Shown here: piece by piece, positions 1-12,594 of the stretch
Position numbering within the stretch: the stretch's first letter is position 1
Layout: each line of letters starts with the position of its first letter
NCBI RefSeq assembly: GCF_001194135.2
Contig: NC_069007.1
Location: forward strand, 20,858,418-20,922,417
Length of the DNA: 64,000 bases
Direction of reading: 5' to 3'
From: Octopus bimaculoides
Lineage: Eukaryota
The notes under the pieces: model-generated
The model's database searches: none
What the model was told of the DNA's origin: nothing
Seen by the model: only the letters and a program-made list of their open reading frames with translations
Translations under genes and position numbers: made by a program

Positions 1-370
1 AATGGATCTCCGTCGTTCGTCGATAAGAATTCAGGTGTAAGACCAACTGAATTACCTACCCCTGAATTCCCGTGAGTCGCTGGTACGTGGAAGTCTTCAT
101 ACAAGAACCTCTGACACGAAGCTGACCTCTTTGGAATTGCTGGTAGAGCAGTTTCCTACTGTCCAATTTCATTCTGGTCAACTGGACACTGCAGAAAGTG
201 TCATTTGTCCAAAGTGTCACGCAGTAGGACAGAACGAGGGACCTCGTGGTTAAGGAAACGTCTTGACCATTCGGCCGTACTGTGCCAACATATATCTTCG
301 CGCGCGCGCGAAGAAACTGCTTGATGACGTGGAACTTCGCAAGAAAGTTTTAACACTGGAAAACTTCAAG

Positions 371-715
371 GTGCGTACATCAAGGTTTATTTCTAAAGCA
401 TATCTGTGTCTGTCTATCTATCTATCTATCAATTTATTTTTATCTATCTATTTATCTTTATTTATCTATCCACCTGTTAGTCTGCCTATCGATCTGTGTG
501 TCTCTCTATCCATCTGTGTGTCTCTCTATCCATCTATTTATCTATCTATCTCTATCTACCTACGTACCTATCTATCTATCTATCTACCTACCGATGTACC
601 TATCAATCAATCAATCTATCTGTCTATCGATATAGAAATACAGTGAAATTTCCATTGTTGAAGTTCTACTTATTAAGATTCCTCAATATCTTGTCCTGTT
701 TTTCTCTAATTTCAG
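371..715 (+). other. Putative 5'UTR intron of ZF1
   Basis: Donor AAG|GTGCGT at 370/371; pyrimidine tract plus TTTCAG acceptor ending at 715; contains a (TCTA)n tract. Confidence 0.6.
410..625 (+). repeat. Degenerate (TCTA)n microsatellite
   Basis: Direct inspection. Confidence 0.95.
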
Positions 716-952
716 AATATCAGATGAAAAGAACATTTGACTGCAGTTCTTATTTATTTTATGTTTTAAAGACTAATGGAAGATACACAAAACAAACACC
801 TTCATTTTTGTATAAATCTCTGAAGAATTACAGTGAAATATTTCTTGTGAATTGAGATTGAGAACAAAATCTATCTACTTCACAATTTGGAATTTATTCA
901 AAATGATTTGATATTCAAGTGAAAATTGGAGAAAATTTACCTTTTAAATGTG

Positions 953-2071
953 ATGGCAGCAAAGTCATTACACCAGTGTGATATATGTAAAAAGACTTTC
1001 TCTCATGGAGGCAACCTTACTACCCACAAACTCATTCATACAGGAGACAAACCCTATCACTGTGATATCTGTGGGAAATCATTCTCTCGAGCAAGTACTT
1101 TAACTACACACAAATATATTCATACTGGAGAGAAGCCATATCGCTGCGATATCTGTGGTAAATTATTCTCTCATGCAGGTACCTTAACAAGACACAAACG
1201 TATTCATACAGGAGATAAACCATATCGCTGTGATATCTGTGGTAAATCATTCTCCCAAAATGATCATTTAGGTAGCCACAAACACATTCATACTGGAGAG
1301 AAGCCATACCATTGTGATATCTGTGGCAAGTCCTTCTCAGAGACAAGTAGCTTAACTGCTCACAAACGCTTTCATACAGGTGAGAAGCCTTATCACTGTG
1401 ATGTCTGTGGTAAGTCATTCTCTCAGAGAGGTAACTTATCTACACACATGTTTATTCATACAGGAGAAAAAAAATACCATTGTGATATTTGTGGTATGTT
1501 ATTCTCACGCAGGTTTCACTTAACTCGACACAAACTCACTCATACAGGCGAGAGATCATACAGCTGTGATATCTGTGGTAAATCATTCTCTGAAAGTAGT
1601 ATCGTAATTAAGCACAAACGCATTCATACCGGAGAGAAACCATATCACTGTAATATCTGTGGCAAATCATTCTCAGGAGGAAGTACCCTAACTATTCACA
1701 AACGGATTCACACAGGAGAGAAACCATATCACTGTGACATCTGTGGTAAATCTTTCTCTGCAAGTTTTGGTTTAACTAGACACAAACGAATTCATACAGG
1801 AGAAAAGCCATATGAGTGTGATATCTGTGGTAAAACGTTCTGCGATGGAAGTGCATTAGTTACTCACAAACGGATTCATACAGGAGAGAAACCATATCAC
1901 TGTGACATCTGTGGTAAGTCTTTTGCGCAAAGTGGTGAATTAAACCAACACAAATGCATTCATACTGGAGAGAAACCATATCAATGTGACACCTGTGGTA
2001 AATCATTCTTGCAAAGAAGACTTCTAACTGCTCACAAACATACCGTTACAAGGGATAAATTATGTGATTGA
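953..2071 (+). CDS. ZF1: C2H2 zinc-finger protein, 12 fingers plus 1 degenerate (CD family)
   Basis: Track ORF 926-2071 starts at TTG; first ATG at 953. Repeated C-x2-C-x12-H-x3-H with TGEKPY linkers; the last finger lacks its second His. Confidence 0.92.
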   Translation: MAAKSLHQCDICKKTFSHGGNLTTHKLIHTGDKPYHCDICGKSFSRASTLTTHKYIHTGEKPYRCDICGKLFSHAGTLTRHKRIHTGDKPYRCDICGKSFSQNDHLGSHKHIHTGEKPYHCDICGKSFSETSSLTAHKRFHTGEKPYHCDVCGKSFSQRGNLSTHMFIHTGEKKYHCDICGMLFSRRFHLTRHKLTHTGERSYSCDICGKSFSESSIVIKHKRIHTGEKPYHCNICGKSFSGGSTLTIHKRIHTGEKPYHCDICGKSFSASFGLTRHKRIHTGEKPYECDICGKTFCDGSALVTHKRIHTGEKPYHCDICGKSFAQSGELNQHKCIHTGEKPYQCDTCGKSFLQRRLLTAHKHTVTRDKLCD

Positions 2072-2265
2072 CCATCATCCTCATTTAACATCTGTTTTTC
2101 CATGCTGGCATGTGTTGAATGGTTTTTGACATGCAAGCCAGAGGATTGCACCAAGCCTTACTGTCTGGTTTGGCATGGTTTCTATTGCTGGAGGCCCTTC
2201 CTAATAACAATCACTTTACAAAGTGTACCAGGTGCTTTTGACATTGGCACAGCACTAGCGAGGTC
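2072..2265 (-). mobile_element. (ATG)n-tailed SINE/LINE-tail family C at the ZF1 stop; other copies at about 8430-8525 (+), 8810-8960 (-), 12440-12520 (+), 16400-16540 (+), 18920-18980 (+), 30256-30375 (-), 30465-30650 (+), 31436-31575 (-), 39086-39345 (-), 46271-46500 (-) and 53219-53320 (-)
   Basis: Recurrent CATCATCATTTAACGTCC..TTCCATGCT(A/G)GCATGGGTTGGAC..GGCTGCACCAG..CTGGATGCCCTTCC. Strand assigned by assuming the (ATG)n run is the 3' tail. Confidence 0.75.
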
Positions 2266-4149
2266 AAACATATTCATACAAATTTACTCACAAGGCATTG
2301 GTCGGCCTGGGAACAGAAGACAATTGCCCAAGGTGCCATTAATGGAACTGTACCTCAAACCATGTGATTGCGATGCAAATGCCTCACAGCCATCTCTCCA
2401 TGGGAAATCATTCTCTGAAACTGCTTACTTTCTCACAAATGCTTTCATACAAGACACCAACCATATTACCAAGATATCTGTGGGAAATTAATCTCAGTTA
2501 ACTATTCTGTGTAGTCATATTCATGAGTAATTCTTAATATCAAAATTAGTTCTATGAAAGAAAAAATTTATCTTATATAACCACATATGTATACACACAG
2601 GAAAGACTATATAACTGTGCAAACACCCTGTGACATATGACTATTTCCACCTTGTTGAAATAACTTAAGGTATTTTTTTAATAAAAGCATTCTTTTATGA
2701 TATTTGAATATATTCTGTTTACTGTTTCTTTTATGTTTGCCTGTCCAAAGTGATGACGACCATCTGGTCATCATTAAGAATGACTAATGTCTTGCACAAT
2801 GAATCTTCATTTTCGCGCTAGAATTGTTGTTGCTTTGGTGGCCTAACAGGTCAGGATGTTTAGAAGTGGAGGTTTCAAATCTCTGCCAGAAATTACAAAA
2901 GACATTATTAAATACTTTTATTTAAGCAACCAAATTTCACTCACCAAAAATATTGTGTGTGTAGGTGTGTGCAAAGAAGGGACCACAAGGCAGCCTTCAC
3001 ATGGTAACCAGATCTCCCTCATATAGTTATAGTAAATACAATATTTGAAGTAAATTTAAGTATCTTAATTTTCTCATAAAAATTGTTGCTGCTTTGGTGG
3101 CCCAGTAGGTAAGGGTGTTTANNNNNNNNNNNNNNNNNNNNNNNNNNNNNNNNNNNNNNNNNNNNNNNNNNNNNNNNNNNNNNNNNNNNNNNNNNNNNNN
3201 NNNNNNNNNNNNNNNNNNNNNNNNGTCTTATTAAACATTTTCATTTTTTATCTCTAGAGATTAAAAAAAAAATGAAAAATTTTAGTAAGACTCCTAAATG
3301 CAGGCCCTGGGTGGGATTGAACCCTGCCCAGGATGTTCAATGTGACTGTCTAATTATGTCTCTACCCACGAGACCACCAAGACACCCAACATTAATGTCG
3401 TAAATTAAGAGATATTTAAATCTATCATAACTAAAGATAAAAAAAAAACAAACTATCTCATCACAGCTGTAGCTCAGTAATTAATCGCAAATTGGGGACC
3501 TGTTTAGATGCCTTTGTAGGTACGGCAAAGGTCTGTAGCGGGCTGAAGGGACATGCCATATCACGTTGATATGATGTAGCGTGTAGATGTAATGCTTAAA
3601 GGTTCTCGCATTGGAGTAACCAGTGAAGAACATCGAAGAATCAACGCCAAGAAGGAAGAAATATTATTTACATATATTTATTCGTTTGTCCGACAGGTAG
3701 AAAGACAGCAGTAATTGTAGTGACAGTGATAAAAAGGTTGGCTCGCCTGTTGGTAGATGATAGTGTGGAGGTTGCTGTTTGCCAGTAGAGAGTGAAAGAG
3801 TAAGGAATGCACGGTGCTGACGAGAGAGGAAGAAAGGATAAAGGGAGCATCGTCTTTCTTGCGGCCGAAAGCTTCTCTTCGTATGTCGAGCGAAGGACGA
3901 AGGGAAGTGCTGCTCCTTGGTCACGACTGACACAAAAGAGGGAGAGATCGGAAATGCTCCCTGTTATATAGACTATGGTCGGTAATGTAGGTCGAACCTT
4001 AAACAAAGGACTGACCTTTCCTCTGTCGATCATCTGGTGTGGAGATGCAAACGAAGGATTTCCCGCTTTTTTTGACAAGCAACAAGCGGGTGGATTTGGT
4101 TCCAGATCTCAGGCAGGGCCACGTGAAGTCCCTACAGGCCGAAACAGCT

Positions 4150-4298
4150 TGGCACCAGCTTCTACAGCTGAGTGAACGGGAACAACGTGAAATAAAGTGT
4201 CTTGCTCAAGAACACAACACACAACGCGGTCCGGGAATCGAACTCACTGACTCCCGGTTGAGAGCCCGATGCTCTAACCACTGAGCCATGCGCCTTCA
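4150..4298 (-). mobile_element. tRNA-derived SINE family B
   Basis: Reverse tRNA head GGGAATCGAACTCAC...CTAACCACTGAGCCATGCGCC plus GCTGAGTGAAC..GTCTTGCTCAAG body. Confidence 0.8.
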
Positions 4299-4398
4299 GT
4301 TTAGACAGTAACCATGGTGATATTCAATAAACTATTATGTTCTCCCTTTCGCTTTTGTGTCAGCTGCACCCTTTGTGGTTTTATGTATTAAAGAGCCT

Positions 4399-4500
4399 AA
4401 GTCACATGACGCATCTTACTTCCGGTTTGTTCCGTTTTCTCAACTCTTTGGATCCAATTTAAAGAATAAACAAAGATTTATTTATTTATTGCCGTAACAG
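4399..4500 (+). promoter_or_regulatory. Putative ZF2 core promoter and non-coding exon 1
   Basis: AAGTCACATGAC (4399-4410), ETS-type ACTTCCGG (4418-4425), donor CAG|GTAAAT at 4500/4501. Confidence 0.65.
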
Positions 4501-4996
4501 GTAAATTATAATATATATATATTGAACACAGATATGATCTAATTAAAGGTATTGTATAGCAAATACTGTGATACATAGAAATGCCGTAGTTTGTTATATA
4601 CTAATGCAGTGGAGGTCACTCGAAATCGCGAATAACGTTATCAACCGGTTATTGTTATCAAAATTAATAGGTTCAAACTTTATATTTGTGTAACGTCACC
4701 TGTTAGGTGTTAGTCAATATTGTACGGAAATGATCACAATAAGCGGCTTTTCCACTATATATGATTCTTGTGAAATTTCTTTTTAATCGCCAACTTGTGT
4801 GTGTGTGTGTATGTATATATATATGTTTGTCAATATCTTTCTCCTCAAGGCGGGGGGAGCTCGAAGAAACGTTAGCACGCCGGGCGAAATGCTTAGCAAT
4901 ATTCATGTCTTTACGTTCTGAGTTCAAATTTTCATTATTTAATCTCTACTTTTAAAGTATATTCTATATCTCATCTTATTTCTTTTTTTATTTCAG
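4501..4996 (+). other. Putative 5'UTR intron of ZF2
   Basis: GT at 4501; TTTTTTTATTTCAG acceptor ending at 4996. Confidence 0.65.
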
Positions 4997-5350
4997 AGTA
5001 CCAGAGGATATTTAGCATGAAAGAAGATTTTACATCAAACACATCATGAATATATATAAAAATATAATCTTTAAGATGAAATTTACATGCTACACAGAAG
5101 GAATATTACCCTGTTTATATAAATCTCTGGGTGTGTGTGATTATTAGTAACATTTCTGTACTTTACTGCATGGAATGGGTACAGGAAAACCAATCCTGCA
5201 TTCTAACTAAATCTGGATTGCAAAGGAATTTGCAGCACCCTCAGATATTGACAATGATTACAGTTGATGGAAATATAGCAATACAACTGAGAAATAGAAA
5301 AAGATAAGAGAGAAAAACATTTGAACATTGTGGTGAGAGAAGAAAAAATA

Positions 5351-6955
5351 ATGGAAAATGAATTATGTGAGAATGAGGTTAATTGTAAAACACAGTCTTT
5401 AAAGATTGATTTTACTGAAGATATAACAAAAGATGAAGAAAAAACATCATTTCGCTGTGATATCTGCAACAAGTCTTTTCTAAAAAACGAACAGACTATT
5501 CACAAATGTTTTCATACAAGAGGTGATCCTTATCACTGTGACATCTGTGGTAAATCATTCTCTGAAAAGGTTCATTTGATTACACATAAACGCATTCATG
5601 CAAGCGTCAAGCCATATCACTGTAATATCTGTGGTAAATCTTTCTCTCAGAATCATAGTTTAGCTATTCACAAATGCATTCACATTGTAGTTAAGTCATA
5701 TCATTGCAATATCTGTGGTAAATCATTCTCTGGAAATAGTGACCTAACAACTCACAAACGCATTCATACAGGAGAGAAACCATATCAGTGTGATATCTGT
5801 GGCAAATCATTTTCTCAGAACCATCATTTAATTACCCACAAGCATATTCACACAGGAGATAAACCGTATAACTGTGATGTCTGTGGTAAATCATTTTCTC
5901 AGAAAAATAATTTAACTATTCATAAACGTATTCATACAGGAGATAAGCCATATCACTGTGATTTGTGTGGTAAATCATTCTCTCAAAATCACAGCTTAAC
6001 TACTCACAAATACATTCACACTGGAGAGAAACCGTATCACTGTGATATCTGTGGTAAATCATTTTCTCAAATAAATAACTTAATTACTCACAAGCGCATT
6101 CATACAGGTGAGAAACCCTATTCCTGTGATATCTGTGGTAAATCGTTTTCTCAAAGTTATGACTTGAGTAAACACAAACGAATTCATACAGGGGAGAAAC
6201 CATATCACTGTGATACTTGTGGAAAATCATTTTCTCAGAACCATATCTTAACTAACCATAAACGTATTCATACAGGAGAGAAACCATATCACTGTGATAT
6301 CTGTGGTAAATCGTTCTCTCAGAATGTTGTGTTGACTAAACATATGCGCATTCATACAGGAGAGAAGCCATATCATTGTGATATTTGTGGTAAATCATTT
6401 TCACAAAGTGATGTCTTAACTAATCATAAACGCATTCATACAGGAGAGAAGCCATATCACTGTGATATTTGTGGTAAATCATTTTCACAAAATCAACATT
6501 TAACTAAACACAAACCGTTCCATACAGGAGAGAAACCATACTACTGTGATATCTGTGGTAAGTCATTCGCTGGCGACTTGAATACTCATAAACGCATTCA
6601 TAGTGGAGAGAAGCCATATCACTGTGATGTCTGTGGTAAATCATTCTCTTTAAATCAACATTTAACTAAACACAAACTTATTCATACAGGAGGGAGGCCA
6701 TATCACTGCAATATCTGCGGAAAATCATTTTCACAGAGCGATGTCTTAATTAAACACAGACGTGTTCACACAGGAGAGAAGCCATATGTGTGTGATATCT
6801 GTGGTAAATCATTCTCTCAGAATCATACCTTAATTTCTCACAAACACATTCACACAGGAGAGAAGCCTTATCACTGTGATATATGTAAAAAGTCTTTCTC
6901 TCAAAAGGCTAACTTAACTACTCACAAGCAAATTCATACAGGAAAGAAAGCATAA
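5351..6955 (+). CDS. ZF2: C2H2 zinc-finger protein, about 18 fingers (CD family)
   Basis: Track ORF 5321-6955 starts at TTG; first ATG at 5351 (MENELCEN...). Finger 1 is 1 aa short and finger 14 is 2 aa short. Confidence 0.92.
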   Translation: MENELCENEVNCKTQSLKIDFTEDITKDEEKTSFRCDICNKSFLKNEQTIHKCFHTRGDPYHCDICGKSFSEKVHLITHKRIHASVKPYHCNICGKSFSQNHSLAIHKCIHIVVKSYHCNICGKSFSGNSDLTTHKRIHTGEKPYQCDICGKSFSQNHHLITHKHIHTGDKPYNCDVCGKSFSQKNNLTIHKRIHTGDKPYHCDLCGKSFSQNHSLTTHKYIHTGEKPYHCDICGKSFSQINNLITHKRIHTGEKPYSCDICGKSFSQSYDLSKHKRIHTGEKPYHCDTCGKSFSQNHILTNHKRIHTGEKPYHCDICGKSFSQNVVLTKHMRIHTGEKPYHCDICGKSFSQSDVLTNHKRIHTGEKPYHCDICGKSFSQNQHLTKHKPFHTGEKPYYCDICGKSFAGDLNTHKRIHSGEKPYHCDVCGKSFSLNQHLTKHKLIHTGGRPYHCNICGKSFSQSDVLIKHRRVHTGEKPYVCDICGKSFSQNHTLISHKHIHTGEKPYHCDICKKSFSQKANLTTHKQIHTGKKA

Positions 6956-8202
6956 CACTGTGATAATTATATCAAATCATTCTCTCAAATAAGTAGCTTT
7001 ACTTGATGGAAGTGCTTCTTGCAACCGAGTTGTGGTAAATTATTCTCTTACACAATTTTATTACATGCAAGTATATTTAATGGGGAGAAAATCCTTATCA
7101 AATGTTCGAGGCCTGATGTCGTAATCTGTATCATAATCAAAGGCTGAGGGGATCCAGACCGTCAAGTGTTTGCCTGAACCTGGAGGAATGAGGTGATTTG
7201 AAAGTGAAACTAGCCAACTTTCAGCCTGATGTCAATGCCTTGATTCAGGATCACCATGCTCATCCCTCACATTGATGTTGTCAATTCCAATAAAAGATAT
7301 TCCAACAATTTGATGCGTTTTTCACATTTTCTAACCATGGAAATAATTTCATAAAAATTAAAAGTTTAATACTGTATACTCGTACACATAGTTTTAAATG
7401 TTAAAAGTGAGTCATCTTCAACAGAATTTCTAGATTTGTCATACATGTATATTTTAGCTAACATTTTAATTGCCAGCATCCAGTACCCAGTACACATTTA
7501 AGGTAAGTTGTAGTGCACCTGAGAACTGTACACAGTAATTTCATTATTATTATTATTATTATTAGCAAATGCAGGTCTGAAGTAGTTTTCAACAATGTCT
7601 TAAATGTTGCCATATCTTCATAACTGGACTTCAATGTATCTCAATTTCTCAGTTATATGGTTATTTAAAATAAAATATCAAATACGTTAGATATATGATA
7701 TAATAGGTACATTTTAATTATTGACAGACAATTTTTTTATTATCTACTAAAGGATTAGTAAATAAACTATTATACTTGCGACACAAGGGTAATGATTGAC
7801 AGACTTCTGGAAAAGCTCTCACTGTCACAGGGAGACAAATAAAGGCAAGGAATTGGGTGAATGCTTGAAAGTATATCTATTGATCCTTTGGTAAAGAAAA
7901 AAAGAAGCTGTCTGTCAGCAAAAGGAAGAATTCCATATAATGCCTGGCAGAGAATCAAAATGGTTTAGGAAGGCTGAGGAGTAAAGGCTGAAAGATTCTG
8001 TGGAAGATGAGAAATGGTAATTTGATTGACAAGAATAAGAAAATAAAGCAATTTCTTTTATTCTCAAACACGAAAGGTATACGTAATTACATAAATAATC
8101 CACAATAAAATCCAAATCGAACACCAAAGCAAATACAATCACGAACAAAAGAAGAAACAACAGTTCTATATTTAAGAGATGAGGAATTATGTACATTAGA
8201 CA

Positions 8203-8388
8203 GATATTTGTCTTCATCTTGTTTGTTGTTAACACAAAGTTTTGGCTGATATACCCTCCAGCCTTCATCAGGTGTCGTGGGGAATTTTCGAACCTGGGTT
8301 CTCATTCCTAGGGTATTTTTCGATGAAGGCTGGAGGGTATATCAGCCGAAATGTTGTGTTAACAACAAACGAGATGAGGACAAATATC
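8203..8388. repeat. Inverted repeat, 67-bp arms (5 mismatches) with a 52-nt loop; possible Penelope-like element end
   Basis: 8203-8269 is the reverse complement of 8322-8388; carries CTGATGA-stem-GAAA-like boxes. Confidence 0.85.
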
Positions 8389-9059
8389 CATCAAATGTAA
8401 ATGTGCCAGTGACACATAAAAGAGTTAGGAAGGGACTAGAGTCTGGTACAGCTGGCCAGCCCTGGTCAAACCTTCCAACCCATGCCAGCAAGGACAACAG
8501 ACATTAAATGATGAGGATGATGATTACGAAAAACAGAATAATGGATAACAATCACCAGAAGTCCGTCTTTTTTTAAGGTGATGTGGTTACCTTGGAAAAT
8601 ATGCAGCACTATGGGCTAGTGTCTTCCATTATAGTCTGGGCTAACCAATGTTGTGTGAGTGAATTTGGCTGACAGAAACTGTATGGAAGCCATCACGCAT
8701 ATGTGTGTGCTTGTTCCCCCATTGCGTGATAAACTGTGTTGGTTTGTTTATGCATCTGTAACCTAGCAGTTTAACAAAAGAGACCAATAAAGTAACATTA
8801 TTGGATTTCCATCTTCGCATGGGTTAGACTTTTGACGGGGACTGGCAAGGCTGGAGAGCTGCACCAGACTCCAGTCAGCTGTTCTAGCATGATTTCTACA
8901 GCTGGATGCTCTTCCTGATGCCAACCACTCTACCGAGTGTACTGGGTGTCTTTTACGTGTAATGAAATCGATTTGTTAGATTAAACCCTTCAAGGCAGTG
9001 CCCCAGTATGACTGCAGTTCAATCATTCAAACAAGTAAGACATAAAAGATATTGTACTG

Positions 9060-10142
9060 TTAAGGCTTCTCTCCAGTGTGAATGTGTTTGTGAGTCATCA
9101 AGTTATGATTCTGAGAAAATGATTTACCACAGAAATCACAGTGATAGGGCTTCTCACCTGTATGAATGCGCCTGTGAGTGTTTAAGTTATTTATTTGAGA
9201 GAAAGATTTACCACAGGTATCACAGTGATATGGCTTATCTCCTGTATGGATATATTTGTGTTCAGTTAAGTGGTGATTTTGAGAGAATGATTTACCGCAG
9301 ATATCACAACAGTATGGTTTATCTCCTGTATGAATGCGTTTGTGAGTAGTTAAGTTATTTATTTGAGAGAACGATTTCCCACAGATATCACAATGATATG
9401 ACTTGTCTCCTGTATGAGTAGGTTTATGCTTGGTTAAATGATGATTTTGCGAGAATGATTTACCGCAGATATCACAGTGATATGGTTTCTCTCCTGTATG
9501 AATACGTTTGTGCTTAGTTAAAACATCACTTTGAGAGAATGATTTACCACAGATATCACAATGGTAAGGTTTTTCTCCTGTATGAATGCGTATGTGTTTA
9601 ATTAAACCGTCATTTTGAGTGAAGAATTTGCCACAGATATCACAGTGAAATGGTTTCTCTCCAGTATGTATTCGTTTGTGATTAATTAAAATATGATTCT
9701 GAGCAAATGATTTACCACACACTCCGCAGTGATATGGTTTCTCTCCTGTATGAATGCGTTTATGAATAATCAAGTGATGGTTTTGAGGAAACGATCTACC
9801 ACAGATATCACAGTTATATGGCTTCTCTCCGGTATGAATGCGTTTGTGAGTAGTTAAGTGATGACTTTGAGAGAATGATTTACCACAGATATCACAGCAA
9901 TGGGGTTTCTCTCCCGTATGAATACATTTGTGAATAGTCTGTTCATCTTTTTGAGAGAATGACTTTTTGCAGATATCACAGTGAAATGTTTTCCTTTTCA
10001 TTATACCAACAGAAAAATCAATCGTTTTCAATTTATTCTCACGTAATTCATTTTCCATAATTTTTTCTCTTCCCTCACCACACAGATGTTTTTCTTCATT
10101 TTGTTCCAATACTACATTCATAAGAAATTGCCATATTTGCAT
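9060..10142 (-). CDS. ZF3: C2H2 zinc-finger protein, 11 fingers, inverted paralogue of ZF2 (CD family)
   Basis: Track ORF 9060-10148; ATG at 10142, and ATG at 10058 is homologous to the ZF2 start (MENELREN). Shares EQTIHKC and HLTKHKP motifs with ZF2. Confidence 0.92.
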   Translation of the reverse strand: MQIWQFLMNVVLEQNEEKHLCGEGREKIMENELRENKLKTIDFSVGIMKRKTFHCDICKKSFSQKDEQTIHKCIHTGEKPHCCDICGKSFSQSHHLTTHKRIHTGEKPYNCDICGRSFPQNHHLIIHKRIHTGEKPYHCGVCGKSFAQNHILINHKRIHTGEKPFHCDICGKFFTQNDGLIKHIRIHTGEKPYHCDICGKSFSQSDVLTKHKRIHTGEKPYHCDICGKSFSQNHHLTKHKPTHTGDKSYHCDICGKSFSQINNLTTHKRIHTGDKPYCCDICGKSFSQNHHLTEHKYIHTGDKPYHCDTCGKSFSQINNLNTHRRIHTGEKPYHCDFCGKSFSQNHNLMTHKHIHTGEKP

Positions 10143-10401
10143 CAACAATGATCTTAGTCAATTTCCGAAGATGCCACTGACCACTCTGTCATCCGAATTT
10201 ACTTACAATGCAAATTCATCGGAAACATATTCCAGATAGCAAAGTAGAGAATTATTACTGATAATCTCATACAGAAAAAAACATTTCTCAGTAAACTTAT
10301 TTCAGGTTTATATATCCAGGATTATCTCTTTTCCATGGAGCATGTTCCTTGATGATGTTTCTGGTGTAAAGACTTCTTTTACAGGAATGTCTTCTGAGAT
10401 T

Positions 10402-11938
10402 CTGAAAAGTAGAGAAGTAGTATAAGACACAGAAAATATTTAAAATGTCGAGATTCAACATTTTCATAAAAACTGGTTCTCTGAAGACGAGTGTTCAGGT
10501 TGATCCGATGAAGGGAACAGCCTGTTTGTGAAATCAACAAGCAAGTAGCTGAGCACTTAACAAAAATGTGGACCCTTAATGTAGTTCTAGAGAGATTCAG
10601 TGTGATGAGGATGGCCCTTAACTCATTTTTGCAGGCTGAGTGGACTGGAGCAGCATGAAATAAGGTATTTTGTTTAACTCTTGAAGCGCTGGGATTTGCA
10701 CTTCCGTAGCGTGGACTGCTGAACACATTTTATGAAAATGAGACTACCATGCACAGATAAAAAACAAAAAAATAGTTAAAATATCTTCTTAGTATATAAT
10801 GGTGGCAAGTTTTACATCATCTGAAAAGTCATTAGTTGAACTATTAGTCCTCTTACATTCTGCGAAATATTGGAGTGTTTGAGAGACATTAGACACCAAC
10901 AAACATCCATAAATTAAATGCATCTATCTCGGCCATGATCGTTGCCTGATGGCTATGATCGTGACCTGTCTCGCCTTATGTGTTAAGGAAAAGCAATGTG
11001 CCACTGGGAATCGAACTCACAACCTTATAATCTGGAGCCTAATACCCTAACCACTAAACCATGCACCTTCACACCTTTTTATAAGAAGAAACTGTAGAAT
11101 ATAAACAATTGCTTCAACAAGTTCAAATCCTGCCGAGGCCGACTTTGCCTTTCATCCTTGATAAATTAAGTACTAGTGAGACACTGGGGTCGATGTAATT
11201 AACTAGTCCCTTTCCCCCAAAATTTCAAGGCCTTGTGCCTTCAGAAGAAAAGATTATTACAAGGGTGAGTTAGGAAGTAATCCGATTTTTATTTGCACTA
11301 CTTTTTAACTCAGGGCCGCAGTCCAATGACTGAAACAAAGATAATAAAAATTAAAAAAACAATTATAATTTATTCTTTTATTGGCCACAAGGGCTAATGT
11401 AAACAAACATTAACGAACATGCAACAACATAAAGAAATAACACAAGACGACACAAAGGGTTTTACTGCGTGTAAAACAATAAAAACGATTAAAATTAAAC
11501 AATGTAAATCTCCCTAAAAAGGGAATCGCTTTAAGGTTACTCGTAGAAAAACCCCACAAAAGCCACGGGTGCCTGATCAAGAGGGCAAGAGCCCTTCTGC
11601 TATTTTTTTCACAGGTGTATACTCAGAAAAGGCAATTATAATTAAGAGCTTCAAGCACCTGCTGTATATGAATTCCCAGGAATTGTGTGGAAAAGAGCGA
11701 TCAATAATGTTTACTTTGGTATTATTTGGCGACATAAAATATACACATATTTATGATTATATATACCAACTTTTAATTAAATTATATACACTGGAAGCCG
11801 TTTCGAAAATAAGTAGCTGTTAAAGGAATAAGTTTGGAAACCTACTGAATTTGATCACAGTAACCAGTTGATGACATGATCTCCGATGCTAATAAGCGAC
11901 TTCTTTTGTATTAGTGTTCAATGTGTATTATATCTTAC
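10402..11938 (-). other. Putative 5'UTR intron of ZF3
   Basis: Donor as above; acceptor CTTCTCTACTTTTCAG ending at 10402; contains SINE fragments. Confidence 0.6.
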
Positions 11939-12053
11939 CTGTTGTGGTTGAAATAAATCGATATTTATTGTGAAATAACCTTTTAATTTTCATTTAACGT
12001 TTATGAAATGTCACAAAAATCCGGAAGTGAAAGCTGTCACCTCACGTGACTTA
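11939..12053 (-). promoter_or_regulatory. Putative ZF3 core promoter and non-coding exon 1
   Basis: Minus strand reads AAGTCACGTGA...ACTTCCGG (CCGGAAGT on + at 12021-12028); donor CAG|GTAAGA at 11939/11938, with similar spacing to ZF2. Confidence 0.65.
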
Positions 12054-12229
12054 CCCTCTCTAATTAATAAAACCACAAAGCAACGTTGTTGTCAAAACAA
12101 AACTGAAAACGCTTTGAGACGTTGTTACAGCATGGCCGCGGTCCATTGACTGAAACATGTAAAAAGACAAAAAGGAGCGCCATGGTTACTTACCATCTAA
12201 TTCAAATGAGTTTTCGTAAATGTCGCTCC

Positions 12230-12420
12230 CGCCAACGTCGCCTTTTCTTCTTGGTGGTGGTGGATTTGGCGGTGAGAGTAATCATCGTGTTTGACAATCG
12301 AGGTGGGGATAGTTGTAGTGGTGAAGGTGGTGGCAATGATTATTGTAGTGGTGGTGGTGGTGGTGTTGGTAGTAGGCAAAGGTGGTGATGACGATGGTTG
12401 TAGTGATGTTTGGTGGCAGT
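12230..12420 (+). repeat. Degenerate (GGT)n/(GTA)n trinucleotide tract
   Basis: Direct inspection. Confidence 0.9.
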
Positions 12421-12594
12421 ATAGAAACCATGCTAAAACAGATGGTGGAGATTGATGCAGCTCCTGTCAAACTGTCCAACCCATGCCAGCATGGAAAACA
12501 GACGTTAAATGATGAAGATAATAATTGTTTATTTCTACGTTTTTCTAAATGTAGTTTCTTGACCGAAGAGAGGTTATTACTATTATTATTGTTA

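Noticed and set aside
263-855. ORFs 263-646 and 496-855
   Set aside because: Translations of the (TCTA)n microsatellite and UTR/intron sequence.
3664-4284. Overlapping short ORFs upstream of ZF2
   Set aside because: No recognisable protein motif; they partly overlap a reverse SINE and probably represent TE debris.
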